Positions 1 through 11,027 of a DNA stretch of 37,515 nt are shown here, one piece after another. The stretch comes from Xanthobacteraceae bacterium (GTDB lineage Bacteria; Pseudomonadota; Alphaproteobacteria; Rhizobiales; Xanthobacteraceae): the NCBI GenBank assembly GCA_035601915.1, contig DATNNI010000178.1:1-37515 (forward strand), read 5' to 3'. Under the pieces are notes generated by a model. The model made no database searches. It saw nothing but the letters and a program-made list of their open reading frames with translations, and was not told the DNA's origin. Within the stretch, counting starts at the first letter, position 1; the number at the start of each line of letters is the position of its first letter. The position numbers and the translations under genes are program-made.

Positions 1-1740
<1,740 letters not shown>

Positions 1741-2175
1741 CTGGTATTGGCTCCTTGCTTCTCGCTCGTTTCCGCCGCGGTCGGTTCGTGCCGTGGCACG
1801 CCGCGAACCGGAGAATACGCAAAACGCATGTCTCCAGGGCGACGCCGGCCCGACGCTGCCGGCTGCCGGGCGAGTTTGTGCCAGGGGTCTGGCCCTTGCC
1901 GGGCATCGGCGGATGGGGGTCGTCTCGTCAAACCACAAATCGTCCCCTACCGCAATGCGGTCTTCCGCGTAAAGCCCCGCACACAGAACGGGATACCGGG
2001 CCGCTGCGGCATAACTTCCGTCGCTGGGCCACAATGCCAATTTGCGGGTCTCTTGACAGTGCGGCTTTACGATGTAGGGGAGGCTCGCTGGGCGATCGGT
2101 GAGCGTGATTCGCGATGGGACCGCTTTCATAATCGTCACCGCATGGGGCGGAGCGGCGGGTCAGGGATTGGGATC

Positions 2176-2700
2176 ATGGCCTCTTTCACGATAGGGCGTG
2201 TGCTGCGGCCAATTGCCCTTACGCTCGCCGGCGTCGTCACCATTGCCGCCTTCGCCGGACAAGCGGCCGCTCAGGGCGCCGTCCGGTCGGTCCATGGCGA
2301 CTGGCAGATTCGCTGCGACACGCCCCCCGGAGCGCAGAGCGAACAGTGCGCGCTCATGCAAAGCGTGACCGCTGAAGACAGGCCGAATGTCGGCCTCACC
2401 GTCATTGTGCTCAAGACCACCGATCAAAAGAGCCGATTGATGCGGGTGGTCGCCCCGCTCGGCGTATTGTTGCCGTCAGGACTGGGATTGAAAATCGACA
2501 ACAACGACGTCGGCCGTGCCGGCTTTGTGCGCTGCCTGCCCAACGGCTGCGTCGCCGAGGTCGTAATGGATGACAAACTCATCGAACAATTGCGCAACGG
2601 GCAGACCTCGACCTTCATCATTTTTCAGACGCCGGAGGAGGGCATAGGCTTTCCCATGAGCCTCAAGGGCTTTGGCGAGGGCTTCGACAAACTGCCGTAG
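2176..2700 (+). CDS. invasion-associated locus B (IalB) family periplasmic protein
   Basis: Internal ATG 2176 of track ORF 1735..2700. Signal peptide MASFTIGRVLRPIALTLAGVVTIAAFAGQAAAQ, then GDWQIRCD...QCALMQ...FVRCLPNGCVAEV, the pattern I recognise for IalB-family proteins. Confidence 0.8.
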   Translation: MASFTIGRVLRPIALTLAGVVTIAAFAGQAAAQGAVRSVHGDWQIRCDTPPGAQSEQCALMQSVTAEDRPNVGLTVIVLKTTDQKSRLMRVVAPLGVLLPSGLGLKIDNNDVGRAGFVRCLPNGCVAEVVMDDKLIEQLRNGQTSTFIIFQTPEEGIGFPMSLKGFGEGFDKLP

Positions 2701-2823
2701 TCCGACTACCGCCCTATTCTTCGCTCCCGGCCGCCTTGCCGCCGGCGCGATTGTGCTGCGCCTTTGAGCGATTACATTATGCGATGTCTATTGCCGAGAT
2801 AATGTCGGGAAGGCAGGCTTGTC

Positions 2824-3225
2824 ATGGACGCGAAACAATACCCGGTCACACACACCGACGCAGAGTGGCGCAAGCTCCTCACGCCGGAGCAGTTCCGCAT
2901 CATGCGCACGCACGGCACCGAGGCGCCCGGCAGTTGTGCGCTTAATTACGAAAAACGGGCGGGCACGTTCTTCTGCGCCGCATGTGAGCAGCCGCTGTTC
3001 GCCTCGAAGAAGAAATTCGAGAGCGGAACGGGATGGCCGAGCTTCAACGATCCTGAGCCCGGCGCAGTCGAGACGTCGGTCGACGACAGCTACGGGATGG
3101 CGCGGACCGAAGTGCATTGCAGCCGGTGCGGCAGCCATCTTGGTCATGTGTTCGAGGACGGGCCGCCGCCGTCGCATTTGCGCTATTGCATTAACGGCGT
3201 GGCGATGGACTTCAAGCCCGACTGA
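2824..3225 (+). CDS. msrB: peptide-methionine (R)-S-oxide reductase MsrB
   Basis: 133-aa ORF with Zn CxxC pairs (CAAC, CSRC) and catalytic GHVFEDGP...RYCING. Confidence 0.95.
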   Translation: MDAKQYPVTHTDAEWRKLLTPEQFRIMRTHGTEAPGSCALNYEKRAGTFFCAACEQPLFASKKKFESGTGWPSFNDPEPGAVETSVDDSYGMARTEVHCSRCGSHLGHVFEDGPPPSHLRYCINGVAMDFKPD

Positions 3226-3463
3226 GCCGGACGCCGCGGGGAGATCAGCAAATACGGCCGATTTCCGGCCTCGTTGTGGCCCGACCAATCACAAAATTGC
3301 AACGTCGCGCGGTAAAATTACGCGTGTGCGGCGCATCAAAATGTGGAACACTCCATTCGCTGAATCCTCGGACTGAAACGCCCACTGATGGCGTGTTTGG
3401 TTGGGACGATCTCTTCTTGGTTGCTAACCGAGGGGTCTGATCGCGCTCTAACACAAGTTCCGG

Positions 3464-5644
3464 ATGTGGCAGCTGATGCGCAGCGCACGGGAATCGGCCA
3501 CTCGCCTGTTGCAACTTATGATGATCGCCGCGGTGGTTTTACCGGCGGCGCTGTTCATCTATGCCGCGTGGGTCAGCTATCGCCAGTTTCACGACGTTGC
3601 CGACGAGCGCATTGGGCGCTCGCTCGACGTCATGCAGGAGCAGGCGCTTAAAGTCTTCGAGACCATCAACAGCACTTTTGCGGAGGTCAACGAGATCGTT
3701 CGCGGCATGTCGGATGCGCAGATTCGCGCCGGAGCGCCGCAACTTCACGAGCGCCTCGCCGACATTGTGGCGACGATGCCGCAGCTCAAGGCGATCGTGA
3801 TTGTCGGTCGTGACGGAACGCCGCTGGTCAGGAGCTTGTCTCCCATCGTTCCCGATGGCGTCAACTTCAGCGATCGGGACTATTTCAAAGCGCAACAATC
3901 GGGCGACGCGGGAACCTATGTGAGCAGCATGCGCTTGCCGCAATTGCCGGGAAGTGGTGGCGGCGAGTTCTTCGATCTTTCCCGGCGGCTGAAATCGCCC
4001 GACGGGTCTTTCGCCGGCGTCATCGCCATCGCAGTGCTGCCGGGTTACTTCGAGGACTTTTATCGGCTGATCGGCCGCGGCCCGGGCAATTTCTTTGCCT
4101 TGGTGCGCTCCGACGGTTCTTATCTCGCCCGCTATCCGGCACCCGACGACCGCTCGCAACGCTTAAGCGAAAACAGCATGTTGCGAACCGCCATCGACCG
4201 CGGCATCGATCAAGGTTTCTACACGGTGCATTCGGAAATCGACGGCGTCGTGCGCCGCATCAACTTTCGCAAGGTACCGAGCTTTTCGGTCTACGCGCTT
4301 GCCGGAGTGAGTGACGACGCGATCCGGGCCGAATGGCTCTCGAGCATGGCGACGCATTTACTGTACGGCCTCCCCGCAGTCATTTTGATCCTGGCTGTGC
4401 TGTTTTTGACCCTGCGCCGCACCCAGCGGCTCTACGAAGAAGCCGATCGCCGCGAAGCTGCGGAAATCGCGCTGCGGCAATCGCAGCGGCTCGAGGCCAT
4501 CGGGCAATTGACCGGGGGGGTCGCGCATGATTTCAACAACCTGTTGATGATCGTCAGCGGCAGCGTGCACCGGCTGCGCCGCGATGTCAGTGACGAGAAA
4601 CAACTGCGGCTTCTCGACGCCATCGTCAACGCGATCCGGCGCGGCGAGAGTCTGACCCGGCAATTGCTGTCGTTTTCGCGGCGGCAGACACTGCAGCCGA
4701 CGGTGATCGATCTGGCGGCCTGGCTGCCCGAGCTTAAGGAGATGCTCAGCCGGTCGTTACGCGGCGATATTGAAGTCCGCTTGCTGGTTCCGCGGCGGCC
4801 CTGTTTTGTCAAGATCGACGCCAGCGAACTCGAGCTTGCGCTCCTTAACCTCGCTTTCAATGCACGCGATGCCATGCCCTCGGGCGGGGTTCTGTCGATT
4901 ACGGCCAAGCCAATCACGCTACGCGGCAAGGCCGGCGAGGAAGGCTTGAGCGGCCCGTTTGTCGCCATCCGCGTCGCCGACAGTGGACAGGGAATTCCCG
5001 CCGACATTCTACCGCGGGTGTTCGAACCGTTTTTCACCACCAAAGAAGTGGGGAAGGGAACCGGGCTCGGGCTTTCCCAAGTTTACGGCTTCGCCAAGCA
5101 ATCCGGCGGCGCCGCCAACATCACCAGCACGCCTCGCCGTGGCACCGCGATTACACTGTTTTTGCCGCGCAGCTTTGAAGCGCAGGCGCAGCCCAGCGCT
5201 CTTCCCAAAGCCGCGGGCGCCGCTTTGCCCGGCGGCCCGGTGCTGGTAGTGGAAGATAATTCCGACGTCATCGAAGTGGCGCGCGGCTATTTTGCCGATC
5301 TCGGCTTCATCGCCAAGGTCGCGGCCAGCGCTCAAGAGGGCCTTGCGTTGGTCGAGCAGGATGACGGTATCGCGCTGGTGTTCTCCGACATATTGATGCC
5401 CGGCGGCGTGAACGGATTGGATCTGGCGAAAGAGCTGCGCCGGCGCTTTCCAAGCGTCGCCGTGCTGTTGACGACTGGATATAGCTCGAGCGCACAGGAA
5501 GCGGTGCGCGAGGGTTTCGAAGTGCTGCAAAAGCCGTACGACTTGGCCGCGCTCGAACGTGCTGTTCTTTCGGTTTTCAAACGGCACAACCGTGCGGCCG
5601 CTGCGCGGCAAGCCAGTCCCGCGCCGCAACGCGCCGCAGGGTAA
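3464..5644 (+). CDS. hybrid sensor histidine kinase/response regulator with periplasmic Cache-like sensor domain
   Basis: N-terminal TM, then a ~270-aa periplasmic region (DRDYFK..., Cache-like), a second TM, the H-box GGVAHDFNNLLMIV, and HATPase N/G boxes (NLAFNARDAM, GTGLGLSQVYGF). C-terminal receiver: VLVVEDNSDV...SDILMPGGVNG...KP. Confidence 0.9.
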   Translation: MWQLMRSARESATRLLQLMMIAAVVLPAALFIYAAWVSYRQFHDVADERIGRSLDVMQEQALKVFETINSTFAEVNEIVRGMSDAQIRAGAPQLHERLADIVATMPQLKAIVIVGRDGTPLVRSLSPIVPDGVNFSDRDYFKAQQSGDAGTYVSSMRLPQLPGSGGGEFFDLSRRLKSPDGSFAGVIAIAVLPGYFEDFYRLIGRGPGNFFALVRSDGSYLARYPAPDDRSQRLSENSMLRTAIDRGIDQGFYTVHSEIDGVVRRINFRKVPSFSVYALAGVSDDAIRAEWLSSMATHLLYGLPAVILILAVLFLTLRRTQRLYEEADRREAAEIALRQSQRLEAIGQLTGGVAHDFNNLLMIVSGSVHRLRRDVSDEKQLRLLDAIVNAIRRGESLTRQLLSFSRRQTLQPTVIDLAAWLPELKEMLSRSLRGDIEVRLLVPRRPCFVKIDASELELALLNLAFNARDAMPSGGVLSITAKPITLRGKAGEEGLSGPFVAIRVADSGQGIPADILPRVFEPFFTTKEVGKGTGLGLSQVYGFAKQSGGAANITSTPRRGTAITLFLPRSFEAQAQPSALPKAAGAALPGGPVLVVEDNSDVIEVARGYFADLGFIAKVAASAQEGLALVEQDDGIALVFSDILMPGGVNGLDLAKELRRRFPSVAVLLTTGYSSSAQEAVREGFEVLQKPYDLAALERAVLSVFKRHNRAAAARQASPAPQRAAG

Positions 5645-5826
5645 ACGGAGCGTTTCTTCCGAGATCCTATCTACGCGCGCCCATCAGGGCGCAGACGCCG
5701 ACGCTCGACAATCAATTGTTTAGCATGAACGCTGACGCGCAAAACTCCCCAGCCGAATTAAATGAAAGTAAAATTTGAACAACGATAGTCAGCCCGCGCT
5801 TAGGGTGGCGGTGATAACGCCGTCGA

Positions 5827-7815
5827 ATGGAGGCGGCGTTGGACGCAGATCGCATTGCCGCGGTATCAGAAAATTCAACGCCGCGGCGCGAGCAGCATGT
5901 CGGCAGCGTGCTCTCGGTGCGTGGTGCCGAAGCGAGTTTCGGTATCTTGCGCCGAAACGACGCGGCGGGCGAAACCGACGGCACGACCGTCGGCAAATTT
6001 CTCGCCATCGCCAGCAAAAATTCCCTGCTCATCGGTTTTGTAACAGAAGTCTCGGTTGAAGTGCCCGAGATTGTCCGCGAGCAAGGCTATGCCGGCTCCG
6101 CTCGCCTCGAGCTTATGGGCGAGATCAGGAAGGAACGGCACGGCACCAAGTTTCGGCGCGGCGTGACCGAATATCCGCTGATTGGCGATCCCGTGGTCAC
6201 GGTTGGCGCGGATGCGTTGCAGCTCATTTTTGGCCGCACCGGCGCGCAGAATATTGTTATCGGACGCTTGCAGCAAGAGCCGACCCTTGCCGCCTGCGTT
6301 CAAGTCGACGAGATGTTGAGCCGGCACTTTGCCGTGTTCGGGACCACAGGCGTCGGAAAATCGAGCGGCGTCGCCGTCCTTCTGCAGCAAGTCCTCAAGG
6401 CGCGGCCGAACCTGCGGATCTTTTTGCTCGATGCTCACAACGAATACGCGCGTTGCTTCGGCGATCAGGCGCACGTGGTCAATCCGGGAAATTTGAAGTT
6501 GCCGTTTTGGCTGTTCAATTTCGAAGAACTGGTCGACGTCATATTCGGCGGTCGCAGTCCGGGCGTGGAGGACGAATTTCAGATCCTCGCTGAGCTCATT
6601 CCCATCGCCAAGTCCATGTACGTCCAGTACCAGACGGTCGGCAGCCGCACGAGCGCCAAGAAACTGGATTCAAAGAATACCGGCTTCACCGTCGACACGC
6701 CGGTTCCCTATCGTCTCGCCGATCTGGTTTCGCTTATCGATGACCGCTTGGGCAAGCTCGAGAATCGCTCGTCGCGCATGAAGTATTTCAAGCTGATCAT
6801 GCGCATCGAAGCGGTGAGCAATGACCCGCGCTACAATTTCATGTTCGAAAACGCCAATGTCGGCGGCGACACGATGGCGGAGGTGATTTGCCATCTGTTC
6901 CGCATCGCGCCCGGCGCCAAGCCGATGACGGTCATGCAACTGGCTGGACTGCCGGTCGAAGTCGTGGATTCGGTGGTCTCGGTGGTCGGACGGATGGCGT
7001 TCGAGTTCGGGCTTTGGAGCGATGGCGCATTTCCCATCCTGTTCTTTTGCGAAGAGGCGCACCGCTACGCCTCGGCCGATCGCGCGCTAGGCTTCGGTCC
7101 GACGCGGCGCGCCTTGTCCAGAATTGCGAAGGAAGGCCGCAAATGCGGCGTTTTCCTCGGGCTTGCCAGCCAGCGTCCGGCGGAACTCGATGCCACCATC
7201 ATTTCCCAGTGCAGCACGCTGTTCGTCATGCGCATGGCGAACGATCGCGACCAAGCGATCATTCGCTCGGCGGTGTCCGACGCTGCCGCGAGCCTGGTCA
7301 ACCTGGTGTCGTCGCTCGGAACCCGCGAGGTGCTCGCGTTCGGCGAGGGCGTTTCGTTGCCGGTGCGGATGGTGTTTGCCGATCTGCCCAAAGACCTAAT
7401 CCCGAGCAGCGAGGCGGTACGCAACACTCACGCCGGCACGACGCGAGAGGCCGCGCACGATCAGGTCGACATGATTGTGGCGCGCTGGCGCGGCGCCAGT
7501 ATAAACAACAAGAACTTGCAGCTTGAAGAAGGGCCTGTTGCGCCGGCGGCGCCGTCAAAGGCCGTACCGCCATCGGCCAAAAGCGTCACGCCGCAGCCAG
7601 CGCTGCATGTTTCGGCGCCCGAGCATTCAAATGGCGCGGCGCACCAGCAATCGCTGCGTGCTTCCGTGCTTGAGCGTTCCAGCATCCTGAAGAAGAACGT
7701 GTCGTTGGGCCAACAAGCTTCGGGCCAACAATCTTCGGGCCAGCAGGCGCCCGCCCAGGCATCGCCGCCTAGGTCGCAACTGCCCGACGCTCAAGACGGT
7801 CGCTGGCCTCTCTAG
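5827..7815 (+). CDS. HerA-like (DUF87/COG0433) P-loop ATPase with a C-terminal low-complexity tail
   Basis: N-terminal barrel-like region. Walker A FGTTGVGKSSG (aa 171-181), Walker B PILFFCEEAHRY (aa 403-414), then GLASQRPAELDATIISQCSTLFVMRM. The last ~100 aa are P/A/S/Q-rich. Confidence 0.8.
   Translation: MEAALDADRIAAVSENSTPRREQHVGSVLSVRGAEASFGILRRNDAAGETDGTTVGKFLAIASKNSLLIGFVTEVSVEVPEIVREQGYAGSARLELMGEIRKERHGTKFRRGVTEYPLIGDPVVTVGADALQLIFGRTGAQNIVIGRLQQEPTLAACVQVDEMLSRHFAVFGTTGVGKSSGVAVLLQQVLKARPNLRIFLLDAHNEYARCFGDQAHVVNPGNLKLPFWLFNFEELVDVIFGGRSPGVEDEFQILAELIPIAKSMYVQYQTVGSRTSAKKLDSKNTGFTVDTPVPYRLADLVSLIDDRLGKLENRSSRMKYFKLIMRIEAVSNDPRYNFMFENANVGGDTMAEVICHLFRIAPGAKPMTVMQLAGLPVEVVDSVVSVVGRMAFEFGLWSDGAFPILFFCEEAHRYASADRALGFGPTRRALSRIAKEGRKCGVFLGLASQRPAELDATIISQCSTLFVMRMANDRDQAIIRSAVSDAAASLVNLVSSLGTREVLAFGEGVSLPVRMVFADLPKDLIPSSEAVRNTHAGTTREAAHDQVDMIVARWRGASINNKNLQLEEGPVAPAAPSKAVPPSAKSVTPQPALHVSAPEHSNGAAHQQSLRASVLERSSILKKNVSLGQQASGQQSSGQQAPAQASPPRSQLPDAQDGRWPL
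7708..7752 (+). repeat. about 3 imperfect in-frame 15-bp tandem units (GQQxS)n at the 3' end of the HerA-like gene
   Basis: ggccaacaagcttcg / ggccaacaatcttcg / ggccagcaggcgccc, read directly. They encode GQQASGQQSSGQQAP. Confidence 0.7.
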
Positions 7816-8052
7816 CTGTAAAGCTTTGCTGCCGGCCAGGGAGCCGGCAACCGCGGTTCGCGCGCCTCGTCGCGCGAAGTATGCGGTATTCCGGTTCGAG
7901 CGATACGCGCCCCACACTCCCCACTCGACTTCCGAAGCCGGAGGTAGCCGACGCGCTAATACTTGATGTTGCTCATTCTGCGCGCACCGACTAAGAGCTT
8001 TGCCCGGCGATCATCGGCGCCGCTGAGGCGGCAAGTGCATGGAGAAAACGTA

Positions 8053-8538
8053 ATGAATTCCAAGCCCGTTAGAGTCATCGCGGCAATTGTGGCGCTTGGC
8101 CTACTCGGTTCAACAACTTCGGCGTTCGCGCAGGCGCGTGCGAAGGTGGGTGCGCTGGCCTGCAATCTAGCGCCCACGGTCGGCTTCATCATCGGCTCGC
8201 ACCAGCGGTTGTCTTGCACCTACACGCCCGACGGGCCGTTTCCGCCGGAAGTGTATGTCGGCAGCATAAGCACTATTGGTCTCGACATCGGGGTCAAGGG
8301 CGGCGGCCGCATGCTTTGGGCGGTATTTGCGCCAACGTCCGGATTTCCGCATGGCGCGCTCGCCGGCACCTATGTCGGCGCCAGCGCCGACGTTACTGTC
8401 GGTCTTGGGCTTGGCGCCAATGCTCTGCTCGGCGGATCGCATCGTTCCTTCGCGCTGCAGCCTTTGTCTTTGGAAGCCAACACCGGCATCAATCTCGCGG
8501 CCGGCGTGTCGGAGCTGCGCCTGCATTGGGCACGTTGA
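8053..8538 (+). CDS. DUF992-like secreted protein
   Basis: Internal ATG 8053 of track ORF 7963..8538, with GGAG 8 nt upstream. Signal peptide MNSKPVRVIAAIVALGLLGSTTSAFA. Gly-rich pattern GALACN...GSHQRLSC...GANALLGGSHRSFALQP matches my memory of DUF992. Confidence 0.7.
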   Translation: MNSKPVRVIAAIVALGLLGSTTSAFAQARAKVGALACNLAPTVGFIIGSHQRLSCTYTPDGPFPPEVYVGSISTIGLDIGVKGGGRMLWAVFAPTSGFPHGALAGTYVGASADVTVGLGLGANALLGGSHRSFALQPLSLEANTGINLAAGVSELRLHWAR

Positions 8539-8582
8539 GCGGCGCGTAGAAAAAACGTTGTCAACGGGGCAATACGCGCAAC

Positions 8583-8610
8583 CGGCGAGGAGACTCGCCG
8601 TTTGTTTTTT
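8583..8610 (+). terminator. Rho-independent terminator of the DUF992-like gene
   Basis: cggcgag-gaga-ctcgccg followed by tttgtttttt. The T-tract overlaps the stop codon of the convergent gene. Confidence 0.7.
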
Positions 8611-9841
8611 AATCCAGCACGTGACTGGCCATGCCGTCGGCGAGCTTCGGCTCGAACCAGGTGGATTTCGGCGGCATGATCGCACCGGCGTCGGCGACCG
8701 CCATGAGGTCGCGCATCTGCGTCGGGTAAAGTACGAAGCCCACCGCCATCTTCCCCGAAGATAGGAGGCGCTCGATCTCGTCCGCGCCACGCCCGCCGCC
8801 GACGAAATCGATGCGGGGATCGGTGCGCGGCGCAGCGACGCCGAAGATCGGTTCGATAACGTTGCGATGAAGGAGCGTGACGGGCAGCCGCTCGATCGGA
8901 CCGGCTCCGGCTTCGGCCAGAGACTCTTTCCGCAGAACGAGGCGGTACCAACCGCCTGCGAGATACATTCCGACTTCGTGCGCTTGCGACGGCCTCACCG
9001 CCCGATTACTTGGCTCGACGTCGTAGCGCTCGCGTAATCTTCCCAAGACCTCTGCCGCGGTCTGTCCATTAAGGTCGCGCAGCACGCGATTGTATTCGAG
9101 AATGGTCATCTCGGCTTCCGGAAACAACACGGCAAGAAAATAGAGATAACTGCGCGGGCTTTGGCCAGCGCGAGCCGTGGCCACGCGTTGTGCCGCCGCT
9201 GAACGGTGGTGGCCGTCGGCAATATAAAGCGTCGGCAAAGCGTCGACCGCCCGTGTGAGTGCGCTTATAGCGGCGTCATTATCAACCACCCACAACTGAT
9301 GCCGCACGCCATCGTCCGCGGTCACGTCGACTGCCGCCTCACCGGCGGCGGCCCGCGCCAAGAGGGCGTCGATCTCGGGAGCATTTGGGTAAGCAACCAT
9401 GACTGGGCCGGTCTGCGCGTTGACCGCCTCGATCTGCCGCACGCGGTCGTCCTCCTTGGCCGGCGTCGTAAGCTCGTGCTTGCGAATTTGGTTCTCGGCA
9501 TAGGCGGCAATCGATGCGACTGCCGCTAAGCCGGTTTGCACTCCGCCGCGCCAAGTGAGCCGGTAAGCGTAATAACAATCCTTGGCATCGCGCACGAGCA
9601 CGCCGGCTGCGATCATGCGCTGCAAGTTTTCCGCGGCTTTGGCGTACACGGCCGAATCGTACGGATTTATAGATGGATCGAGGTCGATCTCCGCCTTGGA
9701 GACGTGAAGAAAGCTAAACGGCTTGTCCTTGGCGCGCTCCCGCGCCTCCGCGCTCGAGAGCACGTCATAAGGCGGCCCCAAAACCTCGGCGGCGCGCCCG
9801 GGCGCCGGCCGCAATGCGCGAAAAGGTTTGATCAGGGACAC
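8609..9841 (-). CDS. DUF1015 domain-containing protein
   Basis: 410-aa ORF with a GTG start and GGAG 9 nt upstream. N-terminus MSLIKPFRALRPAPGRAAEVLGPPYDVLS plus IADGHHRSAAA are as I remember for DUF1015/COG4198. Confidence 0.8.
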   Translation of the reverse strand: MSLIKPFRALRPAPGRAAEVLGPPYDVLSSAEARERAKDKPFSFLHVSKAEIDLDPSINPYDSAVYAKAAENLQRMIAAGVLVRDAKDCYYAYRLTWRGGVQTGLAAVASIAAYAENQIRKHELTTPAKEDDRVRQIEAVNAQTGPVMVAYPNAPEIDALLARAAAGEAAVDVTADDGVRHQLWVVDNDAAISALTRAVDALPTLYIADGHHRSAAAQRVATARAGQSPRSYLYFLAVLFPEAEMTILEYNRVLRDLNGQTAAEVLGRLRERYDVEPSNRAVRPSQAHEVGMYLAGGWYRLVLRKESLAEAGAGPIERLPVTLLHRNVIEPIFGVAAPRTDPRIDFVGGGRGADEIERLLSSGKMAVGFVLYPTQMRDLMAVADAGAIMPPKSTWFEPKLADGMASHVLD

Positions 9842-9894
9842 CGCTTTGCTCCGTCGAGACCGGGTTTTAATTGGCGCGAATTGGCATTAGGTCA

Positions 9895-10887
9895 ATGTAC
9901 GTGGACAATTTCGCGGTCATCCTTCTCGCCGGTCCGACGGCGAGCGGTAAATCGGCGCTGGCGCTGGCGCTGGCCGATAAACTTGGCGGCACCATCATCA
10001 ACGCCGATTCCATGCAGGTCTACCGCGATCTGCGCCTTATCACCGCGCGGCCCAGTGTGGAAGAGGAGCGGCGCATGCCGCATTATCTCTACGGGCATGT
10101 CGATGCGGCGGAGAATTATTCGGTCGGCGCCTGGCGCAGCGAAGCGGTTGCCGAACTCGCCACGCTCAAGAAACGCGGATCGCGCGCCGCCATCGTGGTC
10201 GGTGGCACCGGCCTCTATTTCAATGCGTTGACGCGCGGTCTTACAGCGATGCCGCCGATTCCCAAACAAATACGCGACGAGGTCCGCGCGCGGCTTAAGA
10301 GCGACGGAGCGTCCGTTTTGCATGACGAACTTAGGCGTCTCGATCCGCGGGCAGCGGCACGGCTTAATCCCGGCGATCGCACGCGGATTTCGCGCGCGCT
10401 TGAAGTCATGTTGGCGACCGGACGGTCGATCCAGGATTGGCATGAGGACGCCAAGGCTGAAGGTGCCAAGGCTGAAAGCGCCAAGGTTGAAGGGGCCAAG
10501 GCTGAAGGCGCTGACCTTTTGCCGGCGGTGAGGGTTTTTCTAAGCCCCGAACGCGACGAGCTCGCCCGCCGCATTGACGCACGCTTCGATGCCATGATTG
10601 ACGCCGGCGCGATCGAGGAGGTGCGCGCTTTAATGGCGCGCAATCTCGACCCGAGCCTGCCGGCAATGAAGGCCCATGGCGTCCCGTGGCTGATCCGTCA
10701 GCTCAGAGGCGAAGTCACGCTGGAGCAAGCGGTCGAAGGCGCCAAACGCGACACCCGCCAATACACCAAGCGGCAGGCGACCTGGTTTCGCAATCAGCTC
10801 CCGGAGTTCGCATGGGTCGACCCGGACAAGGCGCTTGCCGCCGTCGAGGCCCAATTACTCGCTTTGGCAAAACAGCGTTTATCTTGA
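9895..10887 (+). CDS. miaA: tRNA dimethylallyltransferase MiaA
   Basis: P-loop [50 protein letters not shown] 9895 is preferred; the track start at 9871 is a TTG, 29 nt from the divergent DUF1015 start. Confidence 0.92.
   Translation: MYVDNFAVILLAGPTASGKSALALALADKLGGTIINADSMQVYRDLRLITARPSVEEERRMPHYLYGHVDAAENYSVGAWRSEAVAELATLKKRGSRAAIVVGGTGLYFNALTRGLTAMPPIPKQIRDEVRARLKSDGASVLHDELRRLDPRAAARLNPGDRTRISRALEVMLATGRSIQDWHEDAKAEGAKAESAKVEGAKAEGADLLPAVRVFLSPERDELARRIDARFDAMIDAGAIEEVRALMARNLDPSLPAMKAHGVPWLIRQLRGEVTLEQAVEGAKRDTRQYTKRQATWFRNQLPEFAWVDPDKALAAVEAQLLALAKQRLS
10450..10509 (+). repeat. 4 x 15-bp in-frame tandem repeat inside miaA, encoding (AKAEG)-like pentapeptides
   Basis: gccaaggctgaaggt / gccaaggctgaaagc / gccaaggttgaaggg / gccaaggctgaaggc. 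They encode [20 protein letters not shown]. Confidence 0.9.
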
Positions 10888-10910
10888 CCCGCCGCCGCGG
10901 CGTCTATAAG
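10884..10910 (+). promoter_or_regulatory. candidate sigma70-type promoter for the ilvIH leader
   Basis: TTGACC (10884-10889), 15 nt, TATAAG (10905-10910). The spacer is short. It overlaps the miaA stop codon. Confidence 0.25.
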
Positions 10911-10937
10911 TTAAGGAAAGGCAAAAAGGGCAGAGCC

Positions 10938-10997
10938 GTGTCTCGCTTTATTAGGTCGCTGGTTCTCGTAGGTAGGCGCATCGCCGGGGGTGGATGA
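10938..10997 (+). promoter_or_regulatory. candidate branched-chain amino acid leader peptide ORF (19 codons)
   Basis: GTG start, sequence (M)SRFIRSLVLVGRRIAGGG. 6 of 19 residues are Ile/Leu/Val. The stop TGA 10995-10997 sits in the loop of hairpin gggtgg-atgatc-ccaccc (10988-11005). Confidence 0.35.
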
Positions 10998-11027
10998 TCC
11001 CACCCTCGACCGCGGCGGTGCGCTTCA

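Noticed and set aside
2054-2082. TTGACA hexamer upstream of the IalB-family gene as a promoter -35 element
   Set aside because: No acceptable -10 hexamer at 16-18 nt spacing. TACGAT is only 9 nt away, and the sequence at the proper distance is AGGGGA.
1741-2139. 133-codon N-terminal extension of the coxB/ctaC ORF (track ORF 904..2139, 411 aa)
   Set aside because: The extension is Arg/Pro/Ala-rich with no similarity to COX2. The internal ATG 1740 has an AAGGAG RBS and gives a normal-length subunit II. The region is better explained as the divergent ctaC/ialB promoter region.
5827-7815. HerA-like gene as part of a known anti-phage system (Sir2-HerA, DUF4297-HerA, or a NurA-HerA pair)
   Set aside because: No Sir2, DUF4297, NurA or other nuclease/effector ORF is present on either flank. 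The neighbours are a sensor kinase and a secreted DUF992-like protein, separated by hairpin-containing gaps.
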